Positions 40,752 through 55,600 of a DNA stretch of 64,000 bases are shown piece by piece (the first letter of the stretch is position 1; the number at the start of each line of letters is the position of its first letter). The translations under genes were made by a program, and so were the position numbers. Origin of the DNA: the human T2T-CHM13v2.0 reference genome, Homo sapiens. The stretch lies in the NCBI RefSeq assembly GCF_009914755.1, contig NC_060926.1; one strand, given 5' to 3'. The notes beneath the pieces were generated by a model. The model was not told the origin of the DNA. It made no database searches and saw nothing but the letters and a program-made list of their open reading frames with translations.

Positions 40752-41659
40752 TTGAGAGAGTGTATGCTACAATAAAAAGAGCACAGCCCTTAGATTCTGG
40801 CAAACAGATGTTTGACTACTGAGTCTATTAGTTTTAAAATATGGTAGCAAGTTACTTGACCTCTTGTAGTTCTTATTATAGCATGTGCCTTGGGCTGTGA
40901 TCGTGAGAATTTAACCACAATGGCATATGAGTTCATAGTTTGCTTTTGGTTGGGCAAAGTTAATAAGTAAGCAAGGGACAGATCATGAGGTAGAGAGATC
41001 TAGGCTGAAAGATGATAAATTCACTTTGGGATATATTCAGTGGAAACCATCAACTTGTACCCTGATCAATAGCAAGTTGGATTTAGTGATATGAGCTGGA
41101 GACATAGTTCAGAGTCATCTTATATATGATGGACTTTGGAAATGGAAGCTTTGGAAATGAACCCAGGCCGCCCGGAGGAGTGTGCAGCATGAGAATAGAG
41201 GAGAGCCTGGAATCTAGAAGCCTAAGAATAACAACATTTAAGGGAGGCCAAGAAGAGATTTATTTTGCATCTTATAATCTGATGATACAGATGTCATTAG
41301 TTTGATTACATGTACAAATAAACAGAGCAAGTAGAGAAAAAATATTTATTAATAATAACAGGCAACCACAACCTCCGGGTACCTAGGGGCAAGAATATAA
41401 CTGTACCTTGTGAGGGACTGGAGCCAGGAATGAGAAGCCTTCAAGGGATCCCGAGAGGATGTCCCTCACTCTTGTTTCTGTTTCAACCTGAATATCTTCT
41501 TTATTCTTCTACAGGCAGGCTTCATTTGTTCTTCTAAACACATGTTTAAAAAAGTTAACACTGAAGATTCCCAGTTTTATGTCTCATCTATGCAAGAGGC
41601 CAACTCAAAACAAAAGTAGAGTTAAAGGCCTTATTCTCAGTTTTTGGGAAAGGGCATTA

Positions 41660-42228
41660 TTTCAGATACATATCTTAAGGCTTTTCACTGATTTTCCCAG
41701 CACTGCTGTCTCCAAAGTCATCTAGTCACTTGTCCTGAGAGTGCTGAGTTCTCCCCTCCCCTTGGCTGCCCCTGTGCAGGCACGTTGGCCAGCCATGTGC
41801 CAATAATTCTGCCTCAATGACCACTTTCAGACTTCAATTAAACACCATGAAGGCGGGTATGGAATCAGGCACATTGTGCAGCTGCCAAAATATCCAGATG
41901 ATGTACCCTAGAAATATAGGGGAGTTTGATTTCCAAGAAGCAAACTTGAACTGAATCCCATTCCTTCTTCCCTCCCAGGATTAGTCAGAGTCATAGTTTT
42001 CCCTGCATTCTGCCCACCAAAATCCTGTATGGCAAAGGATATAACTCTGTAGCAACTTGCTGTTCCTTTTGTGTAGTAGCCAATGCAGGAATGCCTTATT
42101 CCCTGTCTGTCCCTGCCTCACTTCTCTTTCTCTCATTGCAGCTGCTCTGGGCTTGCATCTCTTAAGTAAAGCGTTTGCACATTAATCCTTACTTTAGCCT
42201 CTCTTTTCTGGGGAACTCAGGTGATGAG
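41660..42228 (+). mobile_element. ERVL solo LTR (LTR33/LTR16-like), probably nested in an old MLT1
   Basis: CCTAGAAATATAGGGGAGTT and the 3' end TAAAGCGTTTGCACATTAATCCTTACTTTAGCCTCTCTTTTCTGGGGAACTCAGG. Confidence 0.6.
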
Positions 42229-42449
42229 AGGCAGCTTATTGCTTAGATGTGTTCCTGTGTCCCCTCTGATTCTTTCTGCAAGGGAGAGGAAGGCAAAGTA
42301 TTCCCAAAAAAAGACCCTTCCACATGCCTCTGTGTCTTAGAAGGCACAGGGGAGCTTGTTTCCAGAAAAGAAGGAAGCATTGCCGTTAGGAGAGAGACCC
42401 CAAAAATATCTGACAAAGATTAAAAGTATAGTCATCAAGAATTATTCTA

Positions 42450-42730
42450 GGCCAGGTGTGGTGTCTCACACCTGTAATCCCAGCACTTTGGTAGGTTGAG
42501 GCAGGAGGATTGCTTGAGTCCAGGAGTTTGAGACCAGCTTGGACAACATAGTGAAACCCCATATCTACAAATAATAAAATAAAAATTGGCTGGGCATGGT
42601 GGCGCACTCCTAGAGTCCCAGCTATTCTGGAGGGTGAGGTGGAAGGATTTCTTGAGCCTAGGAGGTCGACGCTGAAGTGAGCCGAGATCACACCACTGTA
42701 AGAGCCTGTCTCAAAAAAAAAAAAAAAAAA
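42450..42730 (+). mobile_element. AluJ-like, with a short deletion near the 3' end
   Basis: GGAGGATTGCTTGAGTCCAGGAGTTTGAGACC. CCACTG joins directly to TAAGAGCCTGTCTC, so the CACTCCAGCCTGGG segment is missing. Poly-A tail present. Confidence 0.93.
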
Positions 42731-44493
42731 ATCTGTTATTTATTGCTCCTTTTCTGTGTGTCTCTTAATTGCAATTATCAATGCTTTTATTTTACTTTTC
42801 TCTTTAAACAGTTCAATGAATTTGATTAGATGAGTTATTACTATAAATATAGTATATTTCTGTGAAAAAATAACCCTTTGAGGAAATTTATTATAATTGA
42901 TCACTTCTGAAGAGTGAGGAAATGACATGATAAATATCTTTAGGGGTTGTTGTTTTCAGAGTATTTCTCTATGAAATTAAGAAACAAAACCTTCAAATGT
43001 AATTCTACGCCCTTATCAAAATGATTTCCTTACAAGGAATATTTTGGATTTCCAGAAACCATACAATCACTAATTCAGTTTAATTCACTAAGGTAAAGTA
43101 GGGAAGATACTGCACTATTGCCCTTCCTGCAGTAGAAAAAGGCAGCAACAACCAACGAGAAGCTGGGTTAGCGCTTGGTAACAGTCTTGGTGTGATCTGT
43201 GGAATACACGTTTAGGTCTTTCATGGCACCTCAGAATCTCTGCCCTTCCATTGCTTGTTCTAAGCCTAAGGTACATCTAAGATAGTCAAGAGAAAAGATC
43301 GTCATAGCAAGATAGAAAGACATGACATACTTCAAAATTAGCTCTCCCAACCACTGAGAAAAAAAGAAAAATCACTAACTTTTCTCTACTTCCCACCTCA
43401 CCATCAGAAGGCAGTGTTTAGCTTTCTACCTTTCCTTTTTATGCATTCAGCAAGTTGTATAAAGCTTATGATATGTAGGGCACCATTTAAGAACTATAAA
43501 TATGAACTAAATTATATATCAATGCCCTCGAGAATAGTAATTTTCACAATCTGGTAAAGAAAAGAAATCTCTTTGTTTGAATAATTTGTTGTGTTCTGAA
43601 TTCATGATATTTAAAAAGCTAAATTTTGCTACAGTTAAAATGTTTTCTTATTTATAGCAATTCTTAAATAAGCCATGTTAGAAAGTTTGGATTCCAGAGA
43701 AGGCATTAATGCAAAAACTTAATCATCATGTTAAAATTCCCAACAAATTTCAAGCAATACCTAGAACCTGGCAATTCCTATTGAAATGGCAGTGCTTAGG
43801 GCAAATTGGAAAGCCAGCTAAGAAGTTTTCTACCGACAAGATGAAAGATAATGTGGGACCAATAATATAAATCATTGGCTTGGACCACCTATTTTATTAA
43901 TTGCCTTATTTTAGAAGTCAGATTTTTGTCTCAGAAGAATCTGGGAATGGGAGACAAGAGAAAAGACACTGACTTTTTAAGTGTCTTCCCAACCCCAGGT
44001 TTTTGTCCTTGTTTAGAAGACAAAAGAGAATTTCAAAAACAAAACTAATTTTTATTATTTTAAGCAGCTATTTAGGTCTCTAAATAGAAGCCAAATAGGG
44101 TAGATGAAGGAATGTGGACTCTGCAGTCAGTCAAATTGGATTTGATATCTACTTTTTATCATTCTTCACTGAATAAATGTGGACAATTTACTTAACCTCT
44201 GTTAAGACAAACCTAACAGAAATATCTCAGTTTGTCCATCCTTAAAAGGGTCATGATAAATATTTATGTTAATTTGTAAGAATTCAATTATATCACTTAA
44301 TAAATGACACATACAGGGCAGCTGGCATACAGTAAACAAAAGTGAGGCTGAGAATTCATTGGCAGCAGAATTATCTGAAGACTTGAGACATTAAAACCAT
44401 CAACAAACTCAGTAAGAGACTCTAGTCCCAGAAATTTCTCAAATAACAAGTTCTATAAAACAAGATCCATTTGAAAAATTCTAACCACATTAA

Positions 44494-44830
<337 letters not shown>

Positions 44831-45014
44831 CTAACCACATTAAAGCTATTTTAAATATTTTATGAATAACTTAGGGTAACAATATTTTAATTGTCTAATT
44901 TATTAGCCGAAATCTTCAAGACACAAGCTTTTCAGACTAAAGTACCCAATCAAAACAAACATAACCTTTACTTAACACCTGTTTTTGTAATTGCAAGTTT
45001 CTTTAACCAGAATC

Positions 45015-45182
45015 ACATGGTTCTCAAATCAGACTGAACAGGAAGGCTTATAAAAATACAGATATACAGATGGAGAGTCAGCCCCAGAGTTTTCAATTGA
45101 ATAGGTGTGGGATGTAAGTTTTTCAAGTTCTCAGGTGATGTTGATATGCCTGATCCAGAAACCACACTTTGAGAGCCACTGA
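45015..45182. mobile_element. MER5A-like
   Basis: CATGGTTCTCAAA...CCCCAGAGTTTTC...CAGGTGATGTTGAT...ACCACACTTTGAGAGCCACTG. Confidence 0.75.
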
Positions 45183-45454
45183 ATAAGAAAATAGTATCTC
45201 AGATGCTTTCACATACAGGGCTATATATTAATGTAAAATAAACATGGACATATATTATGTACATAAAAATATAATATTAGAATTTAAATATAATATATAT
45301 TACATTTAACATATATATATGCTATCCAATTATCTCTTTTGCTTCACTGAAAACCATAATTCAACTGAGATATCTAAGTAACATACTTCCAGAAGTAGGA
45401 TCATACCAAGACTCCAAGCCGCATTAGCCAAATTTTACCTAACAACAAAATCTC

Positions 45455-45920
45455 TGTTGTTGGTTGAATTGTGTTCCCCCAAAAGATATGTTCAAATCCT
45501 AACCCCCAATTACTTATCTCTGTTTTCAGTGGTACAGAATTGGGAATAATGACACTCTATTGGGTGTTTGCAGATGTAATTACTTAAGATTAGATCATAC
45601 TGAAGTAGGGGGAGCCCTAATTCAATATGACTGATGCTCTCATAAAAAGAAGAAGGGACAGGGACAGAGAGAGAGAATGCCATATAAAGACAGAGGCCGA
45701 GATTGTAATGCTGCATCTACAAGCCAACAACCGTCAAGGACTGCCAGCCGTCACCAGAAACTAACAGAGAGACATAACATTCTCCCTCAGAGACCTCACA
45801 ACATAGCACACACCTTGATCTCAGACTTGTAGTCTCCACTACTGGGAGAAAATTCATTTCTGTTGTTTTATGCCACCCAGTTTGTGATGTTTTGTTATGA
45901 CAGCCCTAGGAAACTAATAA
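45455..45920 (+). mobile_element. MLT1C/B-type MaLR solo LTR
   Basis: TGTTGTTGGTTGAATTGTGTTCCCCCAAAAGATATGTT...GTTATGACAGCCCTAGGAAACTAATA. Confidence 0.88.
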
Positions 45921-46788
45921 TGCCCTTCTTCCCCCAGTACCTGATGATTCTGTCTGCCTCTAAAATTTGCCTCACATTGCAACATTTTTTAGTGCTCTCT
46001 CCTACTCATTGTATTTTTTTTTTTTCATCCTTAGGAGGGTTTCTTTAAAGAAGGAGAGGATTCAGGGAAAGAGGGTGGGGCAAATTGTGACCATCTCTGC
46101 CTAAATCATTAGAACTCAAGAGAGCTGGGGCCACCATGGAGACACTTCTGGCCACTTCCTTCTGATTCCACATCAAGTTCCTCAGGCTCTGGGCCCTGTT
46201 TTAATTGTCGGCCTGTGGCTTTGATATCCTCTTCTTATGTCTTTTTGGCACTAAACCTTGCCTTTCTTCCTGGCTCTTCTTGCCCCTCGCTTTTGGCTTG
46301 GATACCTCTGCCATGTCCTGCAGCTGGATCGAGGAAAACGTTCCACTTGCCCTTCATTTCTGGCTCCTACTGCTCTAATTTACCCAGTTCTTCTCTGACT
46401 ATCCCTGAGTCCACTCTTAACAATATAACAATCTCCTCACCCAAGAGGTCCACTCAACTCTGTTTTTCCATAAATAAATTTCTCCTCATCAATCTTCTTT
46501 CATTAAATAAAATGTGTCTGAAACCCAAAGACACAAGATCTTTTACCTTCTCCTCCACTTCTTACTGTCTCATGACTTTTGGGAACCTGATACGTTGACT
46601 CTTAATACTACTTTAGTTATACTGCCATTTTTAGGATATGATTGCCCTGCTTCTGCTCAGTAATCTCCACTATTTTTGATGTCTACTTCTGCCCTCTTCT
46701 CTTCCTTGTCCTATCCATCTTTCTGTCTTCAGGACAGCATGACCCATTCATCACTGTCACACTGTTCGTCTTTTCATCATTGCCAGAT

Positions 46789-46950
46789 ACAGTGGTTCTC
46801 AACTCTGGCTGCACATTAGAATTACCTGGAAAGCTTTAAAAAACTAGTTCTCCGATGGCTTTACCTTCAGATATTCTAATTTAATGGGAGAAGGCCTTAA
46901 CATCACATTTCTTAAAAATCATTTATTTGCCTGGTAATAATCACTGGCCT
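46789..46950. mobile_element. MER5-family fragment
   Basis: CAGTGGTTCTCAACTCTGGCTGCACATTAGAATTACCTGG...AGATATTCTAATTTAAT. Confidence 0.7.
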
Positions 46951-47848
46951 ACCATTATGCTCAACAGATTCAACCTTTATGATATTTTTCTTACTTCCTA
47001 GCCTCATAGTTCTTCACTTTCAATGTTAAGCATTGCCACTTTGTTTCTCCCACCCCATCACTCAGACTTGCCTTACAACTCTTGATAACTTGAAATAACT
47101 CTACCATTTACCAACATAATCACAAACTCTGACACTGAAATAATTGCAGTCTTCTCCTCACCTTTCTCACTTCCAGTAAATAAGCTCTAAATTTTTTATT
47201 TTGACCCTATTTTGTTCTTTGACTTTTAAAAAATTACCTTACATGATGAATTTACTTTCAGGTCTACCGAACCAGACATGTGGTCAACCTTGTCAATAAT
47301 ACTACCATCTATTAGGAAGGAGGGTTTATTCTGAATTTGTCAGATTTCCATAGAGGGGACGGAATGTGTGATTTCTAGGATGAAAGTTTTAGAAGAATAC
47401 TTGAGACCTCTTGTCCAGGGCCTCTCATAGACACATCCCCAAAGGAGTGTGTGATTGGTAATCATCTGACTGGTAAGCTAAGGGAAAGAACCTGTGGGTA
47501 TATGGATCAGTCTTTATTCCTCTCCTGAGTTAAGGAGGCAGTTTTTTTTTTCTTATTTACCAGGCCATAAGATCATTTTTCAACTCTGCCAATGGCTATG
47601 TGGGTAAGCCATTCATTCATGGAGAAAATACTTAGATTTGGGTTTCCAATCTACATTTTCTAATTCAGCTATATCCATAACAAGTCTCGTGTTCTGATTT
47701 CTGTGTGATTCCAGTGATTTTCTTACCATTGTTTCCCAACTTATGAGAGGAAGAACCTCAAGAACAGACTCAACTAATTAACTTCCATTCATTCTGCTTT
47801 TGTTGCATATCTGACCTGGGGATCTGGGGATCTGTCCCCCAACAACTC

Positions 47849-47992
47849 TTTTTTTAAAAAATAAATTCAAGTTTTATTCTAGATTTGGGGGTACATGTGC
47901 AGATTTGTTACATGGGTATGTTGCATGAGGCTGACGTTTGGTATATGAAACTTGTCACTCAGGTAGTGAGCCATAATACCCAATAGGTAGTT
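47849..47992 (-). mobile_element. Short 3' end of an older L1PA (about L1PA15/16)
   Basis: GGGGGTACATGTGCAGATTTGTTACATGGGTATGTTGCATGA...CAGGTAGTGAGC...CCCAATAGGTAG. Confidence 0.8.
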
Positions 47993-49397
47993 GCTGTATC
48001 TTATTAGAGAAATGCACAAAGTCCTGCTTCTTGGATCCACTGTAATTCTTTTAAACTAAGCTAGACTCTTATTATTGCATCCTTTTTAAAATTCCTAGTG
48101 TATGCTTACTATTGATGTCCTTCCTCATAGCAATTCCTACCTTTTCTATTCTACTAAAGCTCTTATACTAAATCCACATCACCGAGACTTTCAGTGAATA
48201 ACTTCAGCTCATACAGTTTTGAGAAAACCATATAACATTTATACTCTTTATTTTCCCTTCACTTTAAAATTTATTTTCATCCATCTTCTCTTCCTTTGCA
48301 TGCCTCCCTTAAGAATAACCATTCTTTTTCCCTCAGTACCTCTTCACAAGGGAAAGATTGAGATTCTCAGTCTCTCCCCTCTCTAAGACTTCATTTCATC
48401 AAGTCCTCTCATTTGTTTACATCTGTAACTTCTCCTTCTTTACAAAATAATTTCTCTGCCTAAGGGCATGGTCATAACAAACAAAGCCAGGAACTAAAAA
48501 CAAAATCCTCAATTCTGTTACTCTTTGAAATGACTTTTTTGTTTTCCTCCCTTCAGCACGTAATCTTTGAAAAAAAAATCATCTAGATTTTATGACTTTT
48601 TTCTCACACCTTACAACATGAACTCCCCCTAAACCAATGGAAATACCTCATTTATAATTCATCAATAGAATCATAAAGAGCCTATCAACAGGTTTTGCTT
48701 TTCTCACATTCAGTCTCTCCCCTTTCTTTCCTTTATCCAACCCACCAGTGTTTTAGGCTTCAGATCCTTGTATAGATGATAATATATGGTTGTTGTCACT
48801 GCCCCAACTTTATATGTACATTTACAATTACTGACCTAGGCTCTAACTCAGCAGGTCTCTCCCCCAATTTATCAGCTTACTCTGAATTCCCTACTTCAAT
48901 AAGTGACACACTTATTTCCTAATGACTCAGGCTCAAAATGTCAATGCCATTTCATACATTCAGTTACTAATTTCTTCATCATTCATTATGTACCTGCTTC
49001 TTGCCAAGGAATATTTTATGTCCTGGGGGTTACAAAGCAGAATAAAACAATATCTCTTTTCAATGAGCTTATATTATATTGAAGAAGAAGACTGACAAGT
49101 AAACAAAGTATGTGGTAAGTGCTGTTTTAGAGGTAGCACTGAAAGACTGTTAGAAGACAAAGCAGAGAGCAATTCATGTTGTGTGAGGGAGTTGGAAGAA
49201 ATGCTTCACAGAAAGCAGGTGCTTTACTTCAGTCTTTAATAAGAACTAGGCAGTTAAAAATAGAGAAGGTAAGTCCAAGAGGCTGGTAGGGCAGAACTTA
49301 TAAAGTCAAAGTTGCGTAAAGCCATGAGAAATTTGGTTTGACTGGAATATAAAAGCAAAAGAAAGTAGGACGAACAAGAGTGAGTCAAAAGACTTAT

Positions 49398-49600
49398 AAT
49401 TAGCCAGGCATGGTGGTGCCTTCCTGTAGTCCCAGCTGCTCGAGAGGCTGAGGCGGAAGAATCACTTGAACCCAGGAGACGGAGGCTGCGGTGATCCAAG
49501 ATCTGACATCAAGCCAATGCACTCCAGCCTGGTTGACAGAGGGAGATTCCACCTCAAAAAAAAAAAAAGAAAGAAAGAAAGAAAGAAAAAGAAGAAAAGA
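49398..49600 (+). mobile_element. Alu right monomer with an A/(GAAA)n tail
   Basis: AATTAGCCAGGCATGGTGG...CACTCCAGCCTGG, then an A-rich tail. Confidence 0.9.
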
Positions 49601-50550
49601 GAGTTATCATGAAAGTCTCCATATGTTGGTATCCTGAGTTAGTGATCAAAATTGCTTTTAGGGCAATGGTCCTAGCAACAACATGGAGTGAGAAAAATAC
49701 AAAACTTTGATTATACTTCCTCAAATTCCCAAATATAAAATCATCTGTTACATCTTGCAAATGTGTCCTTTACATTGCCTTTAAAAATTTTTCCCCTACT
49801 GTTTATATTCCACTCCTCCCATTCTGGTTTAGTAGCTCATTACCTTTCCTTTGAACATCCAGACTACAAAGAGAACAATTCCAATCATGCCATTCACATA
49901 GTCATAAGCTGTCCAGGACACTTCACTGTCTACCACACTGAAGGTCAGTTATTCATCATGATGTTGAAGGCTTTTCACAGTGACATAGCTATCTAATTAT
50001 CTGCTAATATGAAGTGGACATGGTCAGTGTCACAAACAGCACTTTTGCGTGATATTTATACGTGGCAGAAGCTTTTCCTCCCCTACATCTTTGATTTGTG
50101 TTTCTTTAATACCTTGAACACCATCTTCGCCCTCTGCCTTTTGAAAGCCTGTCCATCCTTAAAAATTGATTTTAAAATACATCTCCTTTTGAGATTAAAA
50201 TTTTAAATTACTCCGAACATATGTGATTGTTTCTTTATGCTTTCATGAAACATTGTACTTTTTATATGTGACTTAAAAATTTATCTGATGCAGCCATCAC
50301 ACCACTTATTCTCATACAGCGTAAACTTCTGACAGTGACACTGCATGACTCTGGCTTTCATTTTCTTTCATTTCATTTCAAAATATTGCCTTGCACAAAA
50401 CTGTATTAATTAAGGTTGTTACCAATTCCAGAGGTTACTACTTGTCTTTTTCTTCGAAACTTCATAGTTCAAGATAACTATATGTTTAGTCATGATAATT
50501 TATTATGTACCAAGCAAGAAGTAAGCACCTTAAAAACTATCCTCAGTTGC

Positions 50551-50903
50551 TGATATGGTCTGGCTCTGTGTCCCCATGCAAATCTCATCATGAATTGTAA
50601 TCCGAATTGTAATCCCCATGTGTTGGGGGAGGGACCTTATGGAGGTGATGAGATCATGGAGGCAGTCCCCCTGTGCTGTTCTGGTGATAGTGAGTGAGTT
50701 CTCATGAGATCTGATGGTTTTATAAGAGGCATTTCCTCCCTTATTCCCTCTCTTGCTGCCTTGTGAAGAGATGCCTTCCACCGTGATTATGTTTCCTGAG
50801 GCCTCCCCAGCCATGTGGAACTATGAACAATTAAACCTCTTTCCTTTATAAATTACCCAGTCTCCAGAAGTTCTTTATAGAAGCATGAAAACAGACTAAT
50901 ACA
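50551..50903 (+). mobile_element. THE1-type MaLR solo LTR (THE1C/D-like)
   Basis: TGATATGG...CTAATACA termini. Perfect 5-bp TSD GTTGC at 50546-50550 and 50904-50908. Confidence 0.92.
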
Positions 50904-52789
50904 GTTGCCTATATTTTCGATGTCTCCTCCCTACTCTACTGCCCCTAGAAAGCATTAAAAACAAGCAAATTGGATCAATCACATTTCAAACTTCATGCTC
51001 AGAAAGTGTCTTCAGGCACTATTGTACTGTATGAGAAAAAATAAAGTTACTTTCAGTGAAAGAATTGGCATTTTTAACTTTGCAATGCCAAATGAACAAC
51101 ATGATTTTGTTCTATTTTTTACTGCTCAACTCATTGATGTCAAGTAGTTACTACCAGATTCAAAGAGAGACACTTTACCTCAAACTGCAGTGTTTACACT
51201 TTCTTGTGATTTTTTCATTCTTAGATTCTATTATGTGGTTTCTTCACTCCTTTACTCAGTTCTGTCTTGATATATCAGAGCCTCAGGCACTGTACTAATA
51301 TATATCCTAAATATTTTTCTTGATTCCATTATATAAAGGCTCCCATTCTTGCAACAAAATGATAATGGTGAGAAATAAAGAGTTAAATGCAGATTTTTTT
51401 GCTATCTTAACTTTAAGGACGCTATATAATAATGTAGAAAAAATGTACAGACACACATATAGTGACCAAATAAAAGTAAGGTGTTATTATGTAAAAAAGT
51501 GATGGATACCATTCAATTCTTCATTTTTTACCCCTACTTAACATGACAATAAACTATTAGCAAACATGGAAAATTGATTATGATATGGATTATGTTAATT
51601 CAGTCATTCAGCAAATATTTATTAAGTATTCATTATGTCCCAGGAAACTGTGCAAGTTCTTAAAGGTATATAGATAAGAATATATAGACATTTTTCTAAA
51701 AGATGTCACATGATAATAAATGTAAATCAGCAAAGGAAAGAGTGGAGGTGGGAAGAAATTGAGAAGTAATGTATGTTGAGAATTATAGGTGATTATTCTT
51801 AAGTACCAAAAAGAGACAGAAAGCCAGAGGAGATGAGAACCTAATTCCTATTCAACAGCAGGAATTAACCAGGGAATTAAAAGAAACTTCCAGTTATAAG
51901 CTTGAAAATGGGAGTCAAAAATTACAGCATAAGTAAAATTTAGTGTGCCAACCAGACACTGGGTGCTATAGACAAAAAAATATCTAGACAAATCTTGCCC
52001 TTTTTTGGAAGCTGAATAAAAATAAAACACATATGGAGGCAATGAACAGGAAGAACATCTAGAAGATCTAGAAGAAAAATACTAAAAATAGTATTCTGCA
52101 CAAATTAGAAAAATAAATTAAAAAATAAATGATGCCATCAAGAATATCCAAAGGACATTTACTTTAAAAGACCTGATATGTAAACAGAAAAGTATGAAAA
52201 AATGCAGTGTGAAAAGGAAGAGGAATACAATTAAAAATAAATTGAAAGGTTATTAACTATGTAATAGCAGATCTGATACAACAGCAAAGGAATCGCTATG
52301 TGGAAGATTATTTTACAGACCTTTTCCAGGGAGTGGAGGAAGAGGATGGAAGCACTCACATTGTGCAAAGGAACAAAAATATTGGAAAAAAAAATTAGAT
52401 AAAAGATGGCTGTTATGGAAGTCTGTAAACAAAGAGCCATCACCGAGATGAATGGTATTCTGAAGAAAGTGCAACCATACCTATTCCCAATCTTACTTAA
52501 CATCTGCATATGCAGTTTGAAAGAGCTCAGGTGAAAAAAACCACACTGAAGCCTGTTCCACAAAGTTGGGCACCTGCTCCCAGCACTCACAGAACTATGT
52601 TTATTCTAATAGATACATTCTAGAAGGACATTTTAATTGAAAGAATAAAGAAAAATGTACAAGCTTACAGGAAAAAAACTACATTAGCCATACTAAACAA
52701 TAAACAATTCACTTCCAAAATATGAAAGGCCAGGGCACAACAAAGACAGATGCCTGACAAAATATCACTCAATATTTTTTGAAAGAATA

Positions 52790-53230
52790 ATATTCTAGAA
52801 AATTATAAATTAATAAAATTGAAAAATCAGAAAACAAGTAGAAAACTTGAATAGAACCATACCCTGGGGAAAAAAATTGAAACAGCTGAAAAGATCTAAC
52901 CTCTAAAACAGATGCTGGGACCAGATGGCTTTATGAATGAGTCCTCTCACCCGTTAAGTGACCCAATAATGCCAATACTGTTTAAACTATTCCAGGATCT
53001 GAAAAATAGAAAGATAGCCTGCTCACTGTATAAAGCTAGTATAACAATGATACTAAAATATGGGAAAGAAAATGAAAGAAGTAAAAATGGCAGACCAATT
53101 TCACTTTGGTATATAGATGTAAAAATAATATAATATTTGCAAACTTAAATCCTGCAGTATATTGAAATAACATCAGAATCAAGCATATTAAAGAATAAGT
53201 AATAGATTCAAAATAGAGAATATATTAATA
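52790..53230 (+). mobile_element. Ancient L1 ORF2 remnant
   Basis: ORF 52912-53133 retains GPDGF...PILFKLFQ...YKASITMI.K...RPISL, L1 ORF2p motifs just upstream of RT. Confidence 0.75.
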
Positions 53231-55354
53231 TGCTCTGTATCTATTCCATTCCCACCTTCTCAAACACTTCGACTGTAGAGTCCTTTATGGCAGAGTGGGA
53301 CAGAGGTTGTTTTTTTGGGCACTGCTGGGTCTTCTGTGCCTATCCCAGTATCTTGCCAGAGTAATCAATAAATCTCTCTCAGTATGTGGAAAATTGAATG
53401 GAGAGGTTGTTGGAGGCTGAGGGGAGGCATTTGTAATAGATACAAGTAAAGTTTAGCAAATTAAAAATTGATAAATTTCCTCAACAGGGTATTTTTACAT
53501 TATGTACCAAAAGCCTTAGAAATTCACAATTTCTGAGCTAGTAACCCATCTTCTGAGAATTTATTCTCAAGAAATGGTAAAGATCATGTACAAACACTTT
53601 CATCATTCTCCTTGTTTATTATACAAGATTTTCCCCTGACTTTCCTTTAAATGATGCAGGTTTTCACAATACATGCTTCGGACCTTTCTCTACAGTGTTT
53701 CTAAGCCTCTTTATCCTGGCTCATAGTTTAAATTACCATCTCTCACCGATGATCTACAAATTTTGCCTCTCATTCTAACCTATATTCCAAGTCCAGAACA
53801 CTATATGTAACAACATTTTTAGCATCCTCCCGCCCCCTTGGTTGTTTCAAAGACATCTTAGCACAGTATTTACAATATTGAATTTATGATCTTCTCTCCC
53901 AAAGTTTGCCATTCTCTGAGGTTCTCTAAGAAATTCCATCCAGTTCTTCAAATTTAGAAGTCATCACTAAAATTTCAATCCATGACCCTCCCTAAATCCA
54001 TCCATAAATCCCTTTACCATATTTTATTGATATAATATTCTAAATATTTACTAAATATCAACTTCTCTTTAAGACCTCTACTACTTCTATCCAATGTCAA
54101 GTTAATGAGTGTCTGCTCCCTGGGCAACTAACTAGACTCTGTACACATATGCCTGCCATTCTAATACACTGTTTACACTGCTATCCTAGAGATTCAATTT
54201 TTTAATGAGGAATATATTCATTGATAACATATCTATACACAGGAATAAGCTTGTACAAATAATAAAATACTCATCTATATACAAATCAATAAAAGCTTTT
54301 GCAGAAGAGATATATGGAGATATGAAGTGTGATGATGGTGATAAAGGAGAATGAACAAAGAGAAAGAAGTGGAAGAGGAAGATAAAGATGAAGACGAAGA
54401 AAAAAAGAAGAATGATAATAAGAACAAGTATAAGAAAGACTTTTAAAATAAAATAATTATCTACAAATAATTTTAAACACTAAAAAAGATGAAAGAACAG
54501 CAATATTCAATTTCTTCGCAAACTCTGAGAAGCTCAACAAGTCTTTCAAAAGCAACCACTACCGGAAAATAGACTGTGACGATCAGATGTAGTGCCTCAG
54601 AGAGAGGCACCTTCACTGTATGTCATTAATACGTCTCAATCACAGTGTCAAGGGTCAAAGAAAGAAAGAGTAAAATATGAACTGGTCCAAGCAGAAGATA
54701 GAACCAATAAACCAACCAAATAAAATAATGGGCTATTGTGACATGGATTTAGCACCAGCAGTTGCTTGTATATAAAATATTCCCCTCAACCCCAATTTTC
54801 TTTGCATACTTTATTCCTTCTTCTTCAGATCTCAGCTCAAATATAATTTTCTTACTAAAGCTTTGCATGAGTTCCAAACCCCATGTAACATTGTTTCGAA
54901 TATCCTGATTTTACTTTCTTAGTGTTTATCACAGTGATTATTTGCAGACATTTTATTAAAGTCTGTTTCTTCCTCATTAGTCTTTGCGTCCTTTGAGAGT
55001 AAAAATATATACTCATATAAACACAGGGCCTATAGAGTGCCTTAAAGGCATTCTATAAATATCTGTTGATGAGATTAATAAACAAAAAATGAGAACAAAT
55101 AAATGAACAATCCAAAATCTCGCCATACTGGATTATTACTTTTAGTTTAGTTTCTGAGTTTAAGTCTGTCTTGAGGTCATAAAATGTTGGCTACAATTAA
55201 ATGTTTCATGTGTGATAAAAATAGAAAAAGGAAATCTGTGATACATAAAAACAAAATCCAAGTTTCTCCCTCTATTCCCTACTTCAATCCCACTGAGCTA
55301 ACCAGTGCTAATTAACAACATGTGTATAAATTCTTCCATTCCTTTTTCCTTGTT

Positions 55355-55600
55355 CATAATAATAATAATAGCTGATATTTATGGAGTACTTATTATATCC
55401 CAAGATTTGTTCTAAGCATTTTACATTATTATTTCATTTATTTCTCAAAAATCTGTAATAAAACTACTAATACTACTCCATTTTGCAGATGGAAACACTG
55501 AAGTATGAAGATATTTAGCAACTTACCAAGCTGGGAAAGTCACACAGCTGGTCAGAAACAGAGCCAGTATTCAAATAAATACTCAGATGATTTGGCACCA
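55355..55600 (-). mobile_element. MIR
   Basis: AATAATAGCTGATATTTATGGAGTACTTA...CCATTTTGCAGATGGAAACACTGAAG...GTCACACAGCTGG. Confidence 0.8.

Noticed and set aside
54335-54440. GAA/GAT-rich acidic-looking reading frame
   Set aside because: Low-complexity tract with stops and no splice context.
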